Assembly: GCA_035433065.1 (NCBI GenBank)
Contig: DAORUH010000001.1
Coordinates: 1-63,746, forward strand
Source: Devosia sp.
GTDB lineage: Bacteria > Pseudomonadota > Alphaproteobacteria > Rhizobiales > Devosiaceae
Reading direction: 5' to 3'
Length of the DNA: 63,746 nt
In this document: piece by piece, positions 47,400 through 57,201 of the stretch
How positions within the stretch are numbered: position 1 is the stretch's first letter
How the letters are laid out: every line of letters begins with the position of its first letter
Position numbers and translations under genes: made by a program
Notes under the pieces: generated by a model
The model's database searches: none
Told to the model about the DNA's origin: nothing
What the model saw: the letters and a program-made list of their open reading frames with translations, nothing else

Positions 47400-47899
47400 T
47401 TGCCGCAGCCCAGTGGGAAGACTTGCTCCGGACCATAGCCGGACCGGAGCCGGTCCAAGGCGCGTTCGAACAGGTTGCGGCGCTGATCGGTGAGCTGATC
47501 GGCAGCAAATGCACGACGGCGACGGTGTTCGATATTCCGGGCGGGAAACTGCGCCGGGTGTTCACCCAGAACGCGGCGGCGTATCCGGTCGGCGGGTTCA
47601 AGGACATCCCGGACAACAAGTGGACGCAGATCCTGCTCGTCGAAAAGCGGATCTATACGGCGCTCACCATCGAGGCGATTGCCGAGGACTTCTTTGACTG
47701 GAAGGTGATCCAGTCGCTCGGCTGCGAGTCGATCGCCAACCTTCCGGTGGTGGTCGGCGGCGAGGTGATCGGGGCGCTGAACCTGCTCAACGAAGCCGGG
47801 CACTACACGCCCGAGCGGCTGGCGCGGGTGGGAGAAATCCTGCCGTTCGCCACCATCGCCTTCCTCCTCGCGCATCGCGAGGCGGCGCGCGCCGCCTGA
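47396..47899 (+). CDS. Stand-alone GAF-domain protein
   Basis: AAYPVGGFK, SIANLPVVVGGEVIGALNLL. ATGA overlap with the upstream gene. Confidence 0.8.
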   Translation: MIAAAQWEDLLRTIAGPEPVQGAFEQVAALIGELIGSKCTTATVFDIPGGKLRRVFTQNAAAYPVGGFKDIPDNKWTQILLVEKRIYTALTIEAIAEDFFDWKVIQSLGCESIANLPVVVGGEVIGALNLLNEAGHYTPERLARVGEILPFATIAFLLAHREAARAA

Positions 47900-47902
47900 C
47901 CG

Positions 47903-48592
47903 CTAGCGCTTTGCCCGGCTGCGGTCGCCGACCGGGCGGACGGGTGGGGCGGGCGGGAGCAGGTCGCGGATGTCGGCGAACGGGTAGACCGGCTCGAAGC
48001 GATAGGCTTCGGCGGCGCTGCCCGGCGCGGCATTGGTTTGTGCGGCACGGAAGGCCGCGAGCTGCCCGGCCATGGTGATGAAGCGCTCGGGGTCCTGCGA
48101 GGCGTGCTCGCGGATCGCGGCGGCCTTCAGCACGGTGTGGGCTGTGGTGTCGATGTAGTGCGTGGGCTGAAAGCCGACGCCCATGATCGTGTCGGCCCAC
48201 AGCACCGGGGCGTGGAAGCTCGACGCGATGCGCACCGCGTCGCTGAGCGCGCGATGGTCGGCGTGATAGTCGTTGGGCGCGTGCGTGACGATGAGGTCGG
48301 GCTGCGTATTGGCGATGAGGGTCTTGAGCGCCGCGATCAGCTTTGCATCGGCGGTGAGTTCGCCATCGGGGAAGCCGAGGAAGTGCGGGGTGACTTCGAG
48401 GTGGGCGGCGGCCGCGGTGGCCTCGGCCTTGCGTTTGCGGGCGAGGGTGGCGGGGCTGGCTTTGCCGCCCCTGCTGCCGTCGGTGGCGATGGCAAAGCTC
48501 AGGGTTGCGCCGTTTTGCTTGAAGGCAGCGAGGGCGCCGAACATGTAGATCTCGATGTCGTCGGGATGGGCGCCGATGGCGAGGATGTTCAT
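47903..48592 (-). CDS. PIG-L/LmbE family N-deacetylase
   Basis: AIGAHPDDIE, TDGSRG, DYHADH, HASQ. Confidence 0.88.
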   Translation of the reverse strand: MNILAIGAHPDDIEIYMFGALAAFKQNGATLSFAIATDGSRGGKASPATLARKRKAEATAAAAHLEVTPHFLGFPDGELTADAKLIAALKTLIANTQPDLIVTHAPNDYHADHRALSDAVRIASSFHAPVLWADTIMGVGFQPTHYIDTTAHTVLKAAAIREHASQDPERFITMAGQLAAFRAAQTNAAPGSAAEAYRFEPVYPFADIRDLLPPAPPVRPVGDRSRAKR

Positions 48593-48647
48593 GTGTGGTC
48601 CACTGTTGCGGCGGGCTGGGCGTGGCTCGGGCATCGTGCCTGAAACT

Positions 48648-48713
48648 CACCCCACCCTAGCTTTGCTACGGCCCTGGGGCCTAGCGGCGCTACCCTCCCC
48701 GCAAGGGGGAGGG
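48648..48713. repeat. Alphaproteobacterial palindromic intergenic repeat (partial)
   Basis: CACCCCACCC...CCCTCCCC-GCAAG-GGGGAGGG hairpin; shares the CCCTCCCC/GGGGAGGG core with 60277-60414. Confidence 0.55.
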
Positions 48714-48725
48714 CAAGAGGGGCAC

Positions 48726-50006
48726 CTAGCTTGCTCCCTGGTCCAGGAACTCGATGACCATTGCCGCGGTCCAAGTGAAGCGGCCGCCGCCGCAGGGGTC
48801 GCCGGATATTGGGTCGTAGTATTCGGCGAAGCCGGATTGGGTGATGAGGTCGAGGCTGGAGCGGATGATCTGGCTGGCGACGGTGCCTTCGCCGCTGGCG
48901 TTGAGGCCGTCGGCGATCATGTAGTTCATCACCAGCCACGCCGGGCCGCGCCAGTAGCGCTTGGCTTCGAAGCGCGGGTCGTGCGGGTTTTCGGAGGGGA
49001 CGAGGTAGCGCACGTCGGTGGCCCAGCGCTCGATGGTGCGGGCGATCTCGTAGGCGCGTTCGGAGGGAACCGGGGCAAAGACCGGCAGGATGCCGCCGAT
49101 CGAGGCGTTCTGGATCAAGGCGCCGGTGATGCGGTCGCGGCAGAGATACTGGCCGTCCTCGTCGCTCCACAGCGTTTCGAGCGCCGCCAGCCCGTCCTCG
49201 GCGCGGGCGCGGTTGGCGTTGGCGATGTCCATTTCGTCGAGTTCGTGGGCGAGCACGGCGAGATCGGCGCAGGAGCGGATGAGGATGGCATTGAAGCCGG
49301 GGTCGATGACCTGGAAGGGCGAGGCGTCGTGCAGCTTCGAGTTGTCCCAGCCGAGCGAGCGGAAGTGCTGCACCAGCCACAGGTAGCGGTCGTACTGCTC
49401 CTTGGTGGGGCGGTGCGCGGGGTCGGCGTGCTGGGTGTCGCGGCGGGTGTAGGGCTCGACGCCATCGGTGGGGACGCGCTCGAAGGCTTCGTCCCAGTCG
49501 ATGGAGTTGTCGCGGCCCGATTCCCAGGGATGCAGGATCGCGACGAGCCCCTCACCATGCGGGTCGCGCATCTCGTAGAACCAGCGGTGCCACGCATCGA
49601 TCTTCGGCAGCAGTTTGCGGACCCGCTCGGTGGCCAGCGCCCGGTCCTTCGCCCGGTCGTAGAGGCGCTTGACGGCAAAGCCGGCGACGGGCGGCTGGGT
49701 GATGCCGGAAGTGGCGGTGGGGCGGCCGGTGGCCCACACGTCGGGACCGGGGAAATAGCCGTCGGAATAGACGTGAAAGACGATGTGCGGGACCATGCCA
49801 TCGGGCCACTGGTGCTCGAACAGCGTCTCGATCTCGGTCCAGGCGCGGGCTTCGTCGTAGTGGGACTGGCCGAGCGCGGTGAGACAGGAGTCCCAGTTCC
49901 ACTGGAAGGGATAGAGGCCCTTGGTGGGGACCGTGTAGGTGCCCTGATCGTTCTCCTTGAGCACGTCGAGTGCGAGACTGCGGAGTTCTGCGGGAGCAAG
50001 GGTCAT
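48726..50006 (-). CDS. GH63-type (alpha/alpha)6 glycoside hydrolase, glucosyl/mannosylglycerate hydrolase (MGH1)-like, paralog 1
   Basis: YPFQWNWDS, SGITQPP, HPWESGRDNS, YWRGPAW, FAEYYDP, FTWTAA. Confidence 0.88.
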   Translation of the reverse strand: MTLAPAELRSLALDVLKENDQGTYTVPTKGLYPFQWNWDSCLTALGQSHYDEARAWTEIETLFEHQWPDGMVPHIVFHVYSDGYFPGPDVWATGRPTATSGITQPPVAGFAVKRLYDRAKDRALATERVRKLLPKIDAWHRWFYEMRDPHGEGLVAILHPWESGRDNSIDWDEAFERVPTDGVEPYTRRDTQHADPAHRPTKEQYDRYLWLVQHFRSLGWDNSKLHDASPFQVIDPGFNAILIRSCADLAVLAHELDEMDIANANRARAEDGLAALETLWSDEDGQYLCRDRITGALIQNASIGGILPVFAPVPSERAYEIARTIERWATDVRYLVPSENPHDPRFEAKRYWRGPAWLVMNYMIADGLNASGEGTVASQIIRSSLDLITQSGFAEYYDPISGDPCGGGRFTWTAAMVIEFLDQGAS

Positions 50007-50683
50007 TTGGGGAACCTGTCACGGGAGGGAGTGGCGCCGGCGAAGGCTTCGGCGATCCTGGCCTGGCCTTCTGCATTGGGATGGACGTGGTCGTCGGAAA
50101 TGAGGGCGTCGCCGCCCTCGGCGGTCATGCGTTCATTGACCGGCGCATAGAAGGTGCCGAAGTCGCGGGCGAGCTTTTCGACGGTGCGCGCGTGGCGCTG
50201 GAACTCGGCGCGCGACTGGCCGGTAAAGCCTTCGCTGCCGACGGAAAAGCCGATGTCGGGGAGATACGCTGGTGAGCCGAGGACGATGGCGCCGGGTTCG
50301 TAGCCGGCAGCGAAGAGGCTCATCAGGATGTGCCGGTAGTCGCGCACGAAGCCGTCATGGTTGAAGGTTTCCGGCGCGCCGGTGTAGCGGGCGTCGTTGA
50401 AGCCGTAGAGGATGGCGATGACATCGGCGCGGTGGGGGCCGAGCAGGTCGGCCTCGAAGCGATCGACACCGTTGCCGGGGCGCGGCGCACCGGTGTGCAT
50501 CGGCGAGTTCTGCAGCGTGGTGCCGCTGAGCCCCCGGTTGCTGAGCGCGGCGCCGAGATCGGCGGCGAGAATGTTGGACCAGCGGGCGTCGGGCGGCGCG
50601 ATGTGCGTGGCTTCGGTGATCGAGTCCCCGAAGGTGGCCAGCGATCGCGCCCGGCCGCGCCAGTGATCGGCGAATGTGGTCAT
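50003..50683 (-). CDS. SGNH/GDSL hydrolase (esterase)
   Basis: Blocks FGDSIT, RGLSG, YGFND, DHVHPN. 4-bp overlaps with both GH63 genes. Confidence 0.88.
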   Translation of the reverse strand: MTTFADHWRGRARSLATFGDSITEATHIAPPDARWSNILAADLGAALSNRGLSGTTLQNSPMHTGAPRPGNGVDRFEADLLGPHRADVIAILYGFNDARYTGAPETFNHDGFVRDYRHILMSLFAAGYEPGAIVLGSPAYLPDIGFSVGSEGFTGQSRAEFQRHARTVEKLARDFGTFYAPVNERMTAEGGDALISDDHVHPNAEGQARIAEAFAGATPSRDRFPK

Positions 50684-51957
50684 GCGTGCGCCTTGCTGCG
50701 TGCCCCGAGGAATTCGAGCACCATTGCCGCCGTCCAGGAAAAGCGGCCGCCGCCGAGCGGCGAGCCGTCGACCGGATCGTAATACTCGGCAAAGCCGGAT
50801 TTTTCGATGAGCGCAAGGCTGTCGTCGGCGATGCGGGTGGCGAGGGCGGTTTCGCCGGCAAGGCGCAGGCCATCGGCGACGAGGTAGTTGCACACGTGCC
50901 AGATGGGGCCGCGCCAGTAGCGCCGGACGTCGAAGCGGCTGTCCCGCGGGTCGTGGCTGGGAACGAGGTAGCGCACATGCTCGCCGATGGCGCGGATGGT
51001 GCCGGCTATGGCGGCGGCGCGCTGGCGGGGGATCGGCGCGAAAACCGGGATCAGCCCGCCGATGGAGGGGCTGTCGAGCCGTTTTGAGGCCGTGCGGTCA
51101 TACGGCAAGTACTGCTGCGCGGGCTCCGACCACAGCCGTTCGAGCGCGGGCAGGGCACGCGTCGCCCAGGCGCGATTGCGCCCGGCGATGGCGGGCTCGT
51201 TCAGTGCATCGGCCAGCGCCGCCGTCTCGATGCAGGAGCGGATGAGGATGGCGTTGAAGCCCGGATCGACGATCTGGAACGGCGAGGCGTCGTGGGTTTT
51301 GGTCGAGTCCCAGCCGAGGGAGCGAAAGTGCTGCACCAGCCACAGATAGCGGTCGTAATGCGCCTTGGTGGGCCGGGTCGAGGGGTCCGCGTGCTTGGTG
51401 TCGTTGCGCGTATAGGGCGCGATGCCGTCGGTGGGGACGCGCTCGAACGCCTCGTCCCAATCGACGCTGTTGTCGCGCGATTCCCACGGATGGATGATGG
51501 CCACCAGCGCATCGCCTTGCGGATCGCGCGTGCGGTAGAACCAGTCGTGGTAGCGATCGAGTTTTGCGAGCAGGTTTCGGGCGCGGTCCGCGAAGGCGGG
51601 GCCGCCGCGCCGGAACAGTTCGTGCACGGCAAAGCCGGCGATAGGCGGCTGCGTGATGCCCGAGGTGGGCACGGCGCGGCCGCTGCCCCACACATCGGGC
51701 CCGGGAAAATAGGTCGGCGCGGCCTCGTGGAACACCATGTGCGGGACCATGCCGTCATCCCACTGGTGGGCGAACAGCGTCTCGATCTCGGTGAAGGCGC
51801 GGTCGATGTCGAAATGCGACTGGCCGAGCGCGGTGAAGCACGAGTCCCAGTTCCACTGGAACGGGTAGAGGCCCTTGGTGGGCACGTTGTAGGTGCCGCG
51901 ATCGTTCTCGCGGAGAACCGCGATGGCGTCAGCTTGGGTGTGGGCGCGTTCGTTCAC
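50680..51957 (-). CDS. GH63-type glycoside hydrolase, MGH1-like, paralog 2
   Basis: YPFQWNWDS, SGITQPP, HPWESRDNS, YWRGPIW, FAEYYDP, FSWTAA. Confidence 0.87.
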   Translation of the reverse strand: MNERAHTQADAIAVLRENDRGTYNVPTKGLYPFQWNWDSCFTALGQSHFDIDRAFTEIETLFAHQWDDGMVPHMVFHEAAPTYFPGPDVWGSGRAVPTSGITQPPIAGFAVHELFRRGGPAFADRARNLLAKLDRYHDWFYRTRDPQGDALVAIIHPWESRDNSVDWDEAFERVPTDGIAPYTRNDTKHADPSTRPTKAHYDRYLWLVQHFRSLGWDSTKTHDASPFQIVDPGFNAILIRSCIETAALADALNEPAIAGRNRAWATRALPALERLWSEPAQQYLPYDRTASKRLDSPSIGGLIPVFAPIPRQRAAAIAGTIRAIGEHVRYLVPSHDPRDSRFDVRRYWRGPIWHVCNYLVADGLRLAGETALATRIADDSLALIEKSGFAEYYDPVDGSPLGGGRFSWTAAMVLEFLGARSKAHA

Positions 51958-53006
51958 GTGGATTCCCGGACGGCGTTGGAGGTTGTGGGGTCGAACCAGC
52001 GGATGCGGTCGGTTTTCGGTACGAGGCTCAGCTCATCGCCGGGGCTGACCTTGAGGTCGGAATCGAGCACGGCGCGGAACAGCGCGCCGTTCACCTCGGA
52101 GGTGACGAGCGTGTGCGCGCCGAGCGGCTCGATGACGCGCGCCGTGGCCTTGAGGCCGCCGGGCGCGATGGTGAGGTCTTCGGGGCGGATGGCGAATTCG
52201 AGCTTGTCGCCGGCGTGCTGCGGGCCATCGAGGGTGAGGCCGGCGACCTGCCAGCGGCCATCGGCGCTGCGGGTCGCGGGGATGAAGTTCATCGGCGGGT
52301 TGCCGATGAAACTGCCGACGAACCGGGCGGCGGGATTGCGATAGACCTCGACGGGCGAGGCGGCCTGCACGATGCGCCCGCCATTCATCACCGAGATGCG
52401 GTCGGCGAGCGACATGGCCTCGACCTGGTCATGGGTGACGTAGATGGTGGTGGTCTTTGAGTTGGCGAGGACGCCCTTGAGCTCGGCGCGCATTTCGAGC
52501 CGCAGCAGCGCATCGAGATTGCTGAGGGGTTCGTCCATCAGGATGACGTCGGGCTCCATGGCGAGGGCGCGGGCGACGGCGACGCGCTGGCGCTGGCCGC
52601 CGGAGAGCTGGCCCGAGTAGCGCTTGAGCAACTGCTCGATATGCATGAGCTCGGCGGTGCGGGTGACGCGGCGCGTGATCTCGTCCTGCGGGAGCTTTTT
52701 CATGCGCAGCCCGAAGGCGATGTTCTCGAACACCGTGAGGTGCGGGAACACCGCATAGTTCTGGAACACCATGGCGATGCCGCGGGCACGCGGCGGCAGA
52801 TGATCGACGCGGCGGTCGCCGATCCACACCTCACCCTCGGTGGGCGTTTCGAGGCCGGCGATGATGCGCAGGAGCGTGGTCTTGCCGCAGCCCGACGCGC
52901 CGAGCAGGACCATGAATTCCTGATCGGCAATGGTGAGATCGATCGAGTGCAGCGCCTTGAACGCGCCGAAGCTTTTGGCGACGCCTTTGATCTTTATCTC
53001 GGCCAT
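51954..53006 (-). CDS. Carbohydrate ABC transporter ATP-binding protein
   Basis: [37 protein letters not shown] at 53006 follows GGAGG. Confidence 0.94.
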   Translation of the reverse strand: MAEIKIKGVAKSFGAFKALHSIDLTIADQEFMVLLGASGCGKTTLLRIIAGLETPTEGEVWIGDRRVDHLPPRARGIAMVFQNYAVFPHLTVFENIAFGLRMKKLPQDEITRRVTRTAELMHIEQLLKRYSGQLSGGQRQRVAVARALAMEPDVILMDEPLSNLDALLRLEMRAELKGVLANSKTTTIYVTHDQVEAMSLADRISVMNGGRIVQAASPVEVYRNPAARFVGSFIGNPPMNFIPATRSADGRWQVAGLTLDGPQHAGDKLEFAIRPEDLTIAPGGLKATARVIEPLGAHTLVTSEVNGALFRAVLDSDLKVSPGDELSLVPKTDRIRWFDPTTSNAVREST

Positions 53007-53076
53007 GCGGTCCTCCCCGTGGGGCGTTTCATTTCCACCCGGTCGGCTGGGAGAGATGGGTGGGTGGCAAGAGGGT

Positions 53077-53925
53077 TCATCGGTTGGCAATCCCCCACAT
53101 GGCGAACATGTATTTGCGGACGGCGAAGATGAAGATCAGCGCCGGGATCACCAGCGCCGCGCCGCCGGCAAATCGCAGGTGCAGCGGCGAGACAGAGAGG
53201 CTCTGGAGGAGGAAGGCCGTCAGCGTGCGGTTCTGCACGGTGAGCACCGAGGCGGCGAACACTTCGTTCCACGAGATGGTGAAGGCAAAGATCGCGGACG
53301 CGGTGATGCCGGGCAGGACCAGCGGCAGCACCACCTTCTGGAACGCCTGCAGGCGGTTGCAGCCGAGCGTCCATGCGGCCTCCTCGAGTTCGACCGGAAT
53401 GCCGGAAAAGATCGAGAAGGTGATCAGCACGGCGAAGGGGATGGCGAGCGTCGTGTGGACGAGCGCGAGGCCGATGGGGGTATCGTCGAGGCCGATGCGG
53501 ATGAACATCACCGCGATGGGCAGCGCGAGGAGCGGCAGCGGGAAGGCGCGCGTCATCAGCACCAGCATGCGGAACGTCGCCTTGCCGGGGAACTCGAAGC
53601 GGGTCAGCGCATACCCGGCGGGCGCGCCGATGGCGATCGAGAGGATCATCGTCAGCACGGCGACGAGTACCGAGTTCCACAGCGCCCACAGCACGCCCGA
53701 AAAGCCGAGGAAGAACTGGATGGAGCCGAAGTTGAAGCTCGGCACGCCGGTCTTGGGGAAGGCGGTGACCTCCTGCGGCGAGGACAGCGTGTTCACCAGC
53801 AGCAGGTAGATCGGCACCAGCACCCAGGCGCAGAGCAGCACGACGCCGGCCCAGAACAGGAACTTTCCGGCGGCCGTGACCTCGGAGACCTTTCGCGGGG
53901 CGTCGGCGGTGGTGGCGGTGCTCAT
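53077..53925 (-). CDS. Carbohydrate ABC transporter permease (MalG-like)
   Basis: EAA loop IPVELEEAAWTLG; SWNE. Confidence 0.93.
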   Translation of the reverse strand: MSTATTADAPRKVSEVTAAGKFLFWAGVVLLCAWVLVPIYLLLVNTLSSPQEVTAFPKTGVPSFNFGSIQFFLGFSGVLWALWNSVLVAVLTMILSIAIGAPAGYALTRFEFPGKATFRMLVLMTRAFPLPLLALPIAVMFIRIGLDDTPIGLALVHTTLAIPFAVLITFSIFSGIPVELEEAAWTLGCNRLQAFQKVVLPLVLPGITASAIFAFTISWNEVFAASVLTVQNRTLTAFLLQSLSVSPLHLRFAGGAALVIPALIFIFAVRKYMFAMWGIANR

Positions 53926-54767
53926 AGCGTCGCTCCCTTGGGGGTGCGCAGGACCCTCAGGAACACCAGCGTCGAAGCGATCGAGATGGCGAGGATCACC
54001 AGCGCATAGGCGGCCGCGACGTTGCGATCCTGCAGCGCGAACTGCCAGTTGAAGGTTTCACCCACCAGCACCGGCAGCGTCGTGCCGCCGAGCGCGACGA
54101 CCACCGCGAACACCTCGAAGGCGGCGATGGTGCGCAGGATCAGCGCCGTCTGCAGCGAGGGCCGCAGCATCGGCAGCGTGACCTTGAAGAAACGGTGCCA
54201 GGGGCCGGCGCCGAACACCTCGGCGGCCTCGTAATATTCCTTGGGGATGAGGCCCATGCCGGAGACGAGGATCACCATGACGATGGCGGTGGCGCGCCAG
54301 AGCTCAGCGAGGATCACCGCAATGAAGATCACCCAGAGGTTCTGGTAGCCGAGAAAGAGGATTGGGCGGTCGATGATGTGGAGGCCGACGAGCAGCGAGT
54401 TGAGGAAGCCCGACTGCTCGAAGATGGCGAGCCAGATGATGCCCGCGGCGAGGTCGGAGAGGCCGAGCGGGATGGTGAAGATGTAGAGGATGGAGTTGCG
54501 GCTGCGATCGAGCTTGGCGACTACGGTCGCCATGGTGAGGGCCATCACCAGTTGCAGCGGCACGACGATGGCGGCGAGCAGGATGGTGTTCCAGAAGGTC
54601 GGCCAGAACTTCCAGTTCGAGGTCATGGTCTGGAAGTGCTGCATGGTGAACCCGCCCTCGGTGGTGAAGGCGAGCACGGCGATCTGGAGGAACGGGTAGA
54701 GGAAGAACACGCACAGGAACAGCGTCGCCGGGGCGAGCAGCAGATAGGGCAGCGCTTTGGGGTTCAT
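53922..54767 (-). CDS. Carbohydrate ABC transporter permease (MalF-like)
   Basis: EAA loop IPKEYYEAAEVFGA; VTLPMLRP. Confidence 0.93.
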   Translation of the reverse strand: MNPKALPYLLLAPATLFLCVFFLYPFLQIAVLAFTTEGGFTMQHFQTMTSNWKFWPTFWNTILLAAIVVPLQLVMALTMATVVAKLDRSRNSILYIFTIPLGLSDLAAGIIWLAIFEQSGFLNSLLVGLHIIDRPILFLGYQNLWVIFIAVILAELWRATAIVMVILVSGMGLIPKEYYEAAEVFGAGPWHRFFKVTLPMLRPSLQTALILRTIAAFEVFAVVVALGGTTLPVLVGETFNWQFALQDRNVAAAYALVILAISIASTLVFLRVLRTPKGATL

Positions 54768-54833
54768 GCTGGTGTTCCCGCGGGGGAAAGGATGCCGCCC
54801 GGAGCGTGGGCCCCGGACGGCGGGGGAGGTTCC

Positions 54834-56102
54834 TTATTCGACCGGGCAGGGGCCCTCGGACGGGGCATCGGGGAGCCAGCAGGGGGCCTTGGTGTCGGTC
54901 ATGATCTGGCGCAGCGTGTTGGCCTGTTCGTCGAGCACCTGGCGGACCGGCTGGCCGCCGAGGATGATGCGCTCGAAGGTGTCGATATAGACCTGGTTGA
55001 ACTGGCCGCCCTTGTCGCCGAGCCCGACCGGGAGCAGCGAGGGCAGCGCGTCGGCGGCGCTGGTCATCGCCGTCACCGCCGGGCCGAGCGCCTGCGCCGA
55101 TTTCGGCAGGTCAGCGGGGAGCGGCGCGTCGGTGGTCGGGAAGAAGGTGGTGGCGACGAGCGTGGCCACCTGCTGCTCCGGCTGCATCATGTACTTGACC
55201 AGTTCCTTGGAATTCGCCACGTCCGGCGCGCCTTTGGGCACGGCGAGACCGGCGAGCACCGGCATGAAGGCGCGGCCTTTCGGGCCGGCCGGGGCCGGGA
55301 AGGCGACGAAGTCATCGGGCTTCTGGTTGAAGGCTTCGCCCAGCCGGGCGATGTGATCGAAGGCGATCCACACGTCGCCGGTCAGCAGCGGCTCCTGCAT
55401 GAAGTCGTAGTTGGTGGACGCGGGGTTGGTGTACTGCCAGAGTTCCTTGAACTTGTTCCACGCCTCCTCGGCTTCGGCCGAGCGGAACTTCGTCACCTGC
55501 GAGCCGGTATAGGCGGGGAGCAGGAACCCCTGGAAGAAGCGGTGCTTGAGGCCCTTGGGGCCGGCGGGGAAGCCGAACTTCGGTCCGCCGGTGGCTTCAG
55601 CGGTGGCCTTGGCCCAGGCAATCACCTGATCGTAGGTCAGCGCGTTGATATCGGCGCCTGCGGGCAGGTATTGCAGCGCCTGCTTGTTGGCGGCCATGAC
55701 GTAGGTGGCCTGCATCCACGGCAGGTACTTCTGTTCGGTGGTGCCGAGCTTGCCCAGTTCCATGAAGGCGGGGCTGACCTTGATGCCGGTCAGGTCGACG
55801 TCAGAGAGGTCGGCCCAGTTGTCGGCATAGGTGGAGAGATCGCCGTGCAGCGCGCCGACCACGCCGATCGTGCCCTTGCCGGCATCGCGTTCGGCCTGGA
55901 TGCGGGTGATGAACGGACCCGGTTCCTGCGGCTGGAAATCGACGCCGCCGGGGAAGTTGGCGAGTACGCCCTCGCGCATCTTCTGCTGCTCTTCAACCGG
56001 CGCCGCCTGGCTTGACCAGAACAGCACCTGCGCACTGGCGGTTCCCGCCATCAGCGCCAGCGCGAGGGTCGTCCCCGCGACCAGTTTCAATGAACGTCGC
56101 AT
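54834..56102 (-). CDS. Carbohydrate ABC substrate-binding protein
   Basis: Signal peptide MRRSLKLVAGTTLALALMAGTASA; PWMQATY, PAPAGPKG. RBS GGGAGG. Confidence 0.92.
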   Translation of the reverse strand: MRRSLKLVAGTTLALALMAGTASAQVLFWSSQAAPVEEQQKMREGVLANFPGGVDFQPQEPGPFITRIQAERDAGKGTIGVVGALHGDLSTYADNWADLSDVDLTGIKVSPAFMELGKLGTTEQKYLPWMQATYVMAANKQALQYLPAGADINALTYDQVIAWAKATAEATGGPKFGFPAGPKGLKHRFFQGFLLPAYTGSQVTKFRSAEAEEAWNKFKELWQYTNPASTNYDFMQEPLLTGDVWIAFDHIARLGEAFNQKPDDFVAFPAPAGPKGRAFMPVLAGLAVPKGAPDVANSKELVKYMMQPEQQVATLVATTFFPTTDAPLPADLPKSAQALGPAVTAMTSAADALPSLLPVGLGDKGGQFNQVYIDTFERIILGGQPVRQVLDEQANTLRQIMTDTKAPCWLPDAPSEGPCPVE

Positions 56103-56124
56103 GCAAGTCCTCCCTTGTTGTTTG

Positions 56125-57177
56125 TTAGTTGCGTCTGGTCGTCCTCGTCTCCGGTGCCGGGCCGTGGCTGGCCCTTGAGACAAATGCGGGCTGGATCAAC
56201 TTGTTCCGTGGTTCGCCCGGCCGTTGTTCGATGATTTCGACCACCAGTTGCCCGATATCGCGGGACGCCTGCTGGATCAGCGCATCGAAAGTGGTGAGCC
56301 CCGGCGGCGCGTAGGCCGAGGCGAGGATGTTGTCGAAACCGACGACAGAGAGGTCGCCGGGGATGGAAAGCCCGGCGCGCGTCGCCTCTTCCATGACGGT
56401 GAGCGCCAGATCGTCGAACAGTCCGATGATGGCCGTCGGCCGCTCCGGAGCAGCCAGCATGCGGTTGATCGCTTCGATGCGCGCCGGGCGGTCGAAGCGC
56501 GGAGCGGTCGCCACGTCGAGGCGGACATCGGGGTCGCCGCGTCTGGCGATCGCATCGGCAAGCCCGTCCTGCCGGCGATGCCGGAAGGTCATGGGCTCGG
56601 AAATGGTGACGAGGCCGAAATGCCGGTGCCCGAGCGCATAGAGCATCTCGAAGGCCTCGGCGAAGGCGCGGGCGCCGTCGGTATCGATCCAGTTGTAGCT
56701 GGTGCTGTCGTCGATCAGCTGGCCATGCGCGACGAACGGCACGCCGCGCTCGGTGAGGTAGCGCACGCGCTCGTCGGTTTCGGCGATGCGGGTGACCACG
56801 ACGCCGTCGCAGCGGCCGGATTCGACAAGGTGCCGCAAGACCTTGAGTTCGGTTTCACCCTCGGGGGCGGTGGCGAGAATCAGGTGCGAGCCGCGCGACA
56901 CGAGGCCCTCGCCAAGCCCGGTGACGAATTCGCCGAGGAACGAGTCGACCAGATGCGGGCCGCGAATGGGGAGCACGAGGCCGACGAAGCCGGAGCGGCC
57001 GGAGACGAGCGCCCGGGCGGCGGTGTTAGGCACATAGCCGTATTTCCGGGCCGCCTCCGCGACGCGCTCGCGCGTCTTCAGCGCAATGGCGGGATCGCCC
57101 GAAAGGGCCCGTGAAACCGTGGTGATGGAGACGTCGAGCCGGCCAGCCAGCTCTTTGAGCGTCTTCGCGCCTGACAT
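56125..57177 (-). CDS. LacI-family transcriptional regulator
   Basis: TLKELAGRLDVSITTVSRAL, YVPNTAARAL, SVVGFDN. RBS GGGGAGG before ATG 57177. Confidence 0.93.
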   Translation of the reverse strand: MSGAKTLKELAGRLDVSITTVSRALSGDPAIALKTRERVAEAARKYGYVPNTAARALVSGRSGFVGLVLPIRGPHLVDSFLGEFVTGLGEGLVSRGSHLILATAPEGETELKVLRHLVESGRCDGVVVTRIAETDERVRYLTERGVPFVAHGQLIDDSTSYNWIDTDGARAFAEAFEMLYALGHRHFGLVTISEPMTFRHRRQDGLADAIARRGDPDVRLDVATAPRFDRPARIEAINRMLAAPERPTAIIGLFDDLALTVMEEATRAGLSIPGDLSVVGFDNILASAYAPPGLTTFDALIQQASRDIGQLVVEIIEQRPGEPRNKLIQPAFVSRASHGPAPETRTTRRN

Positions 57178-57201
57178 CGTTCCTCCCCGAACGAGTGCAG
57201 T

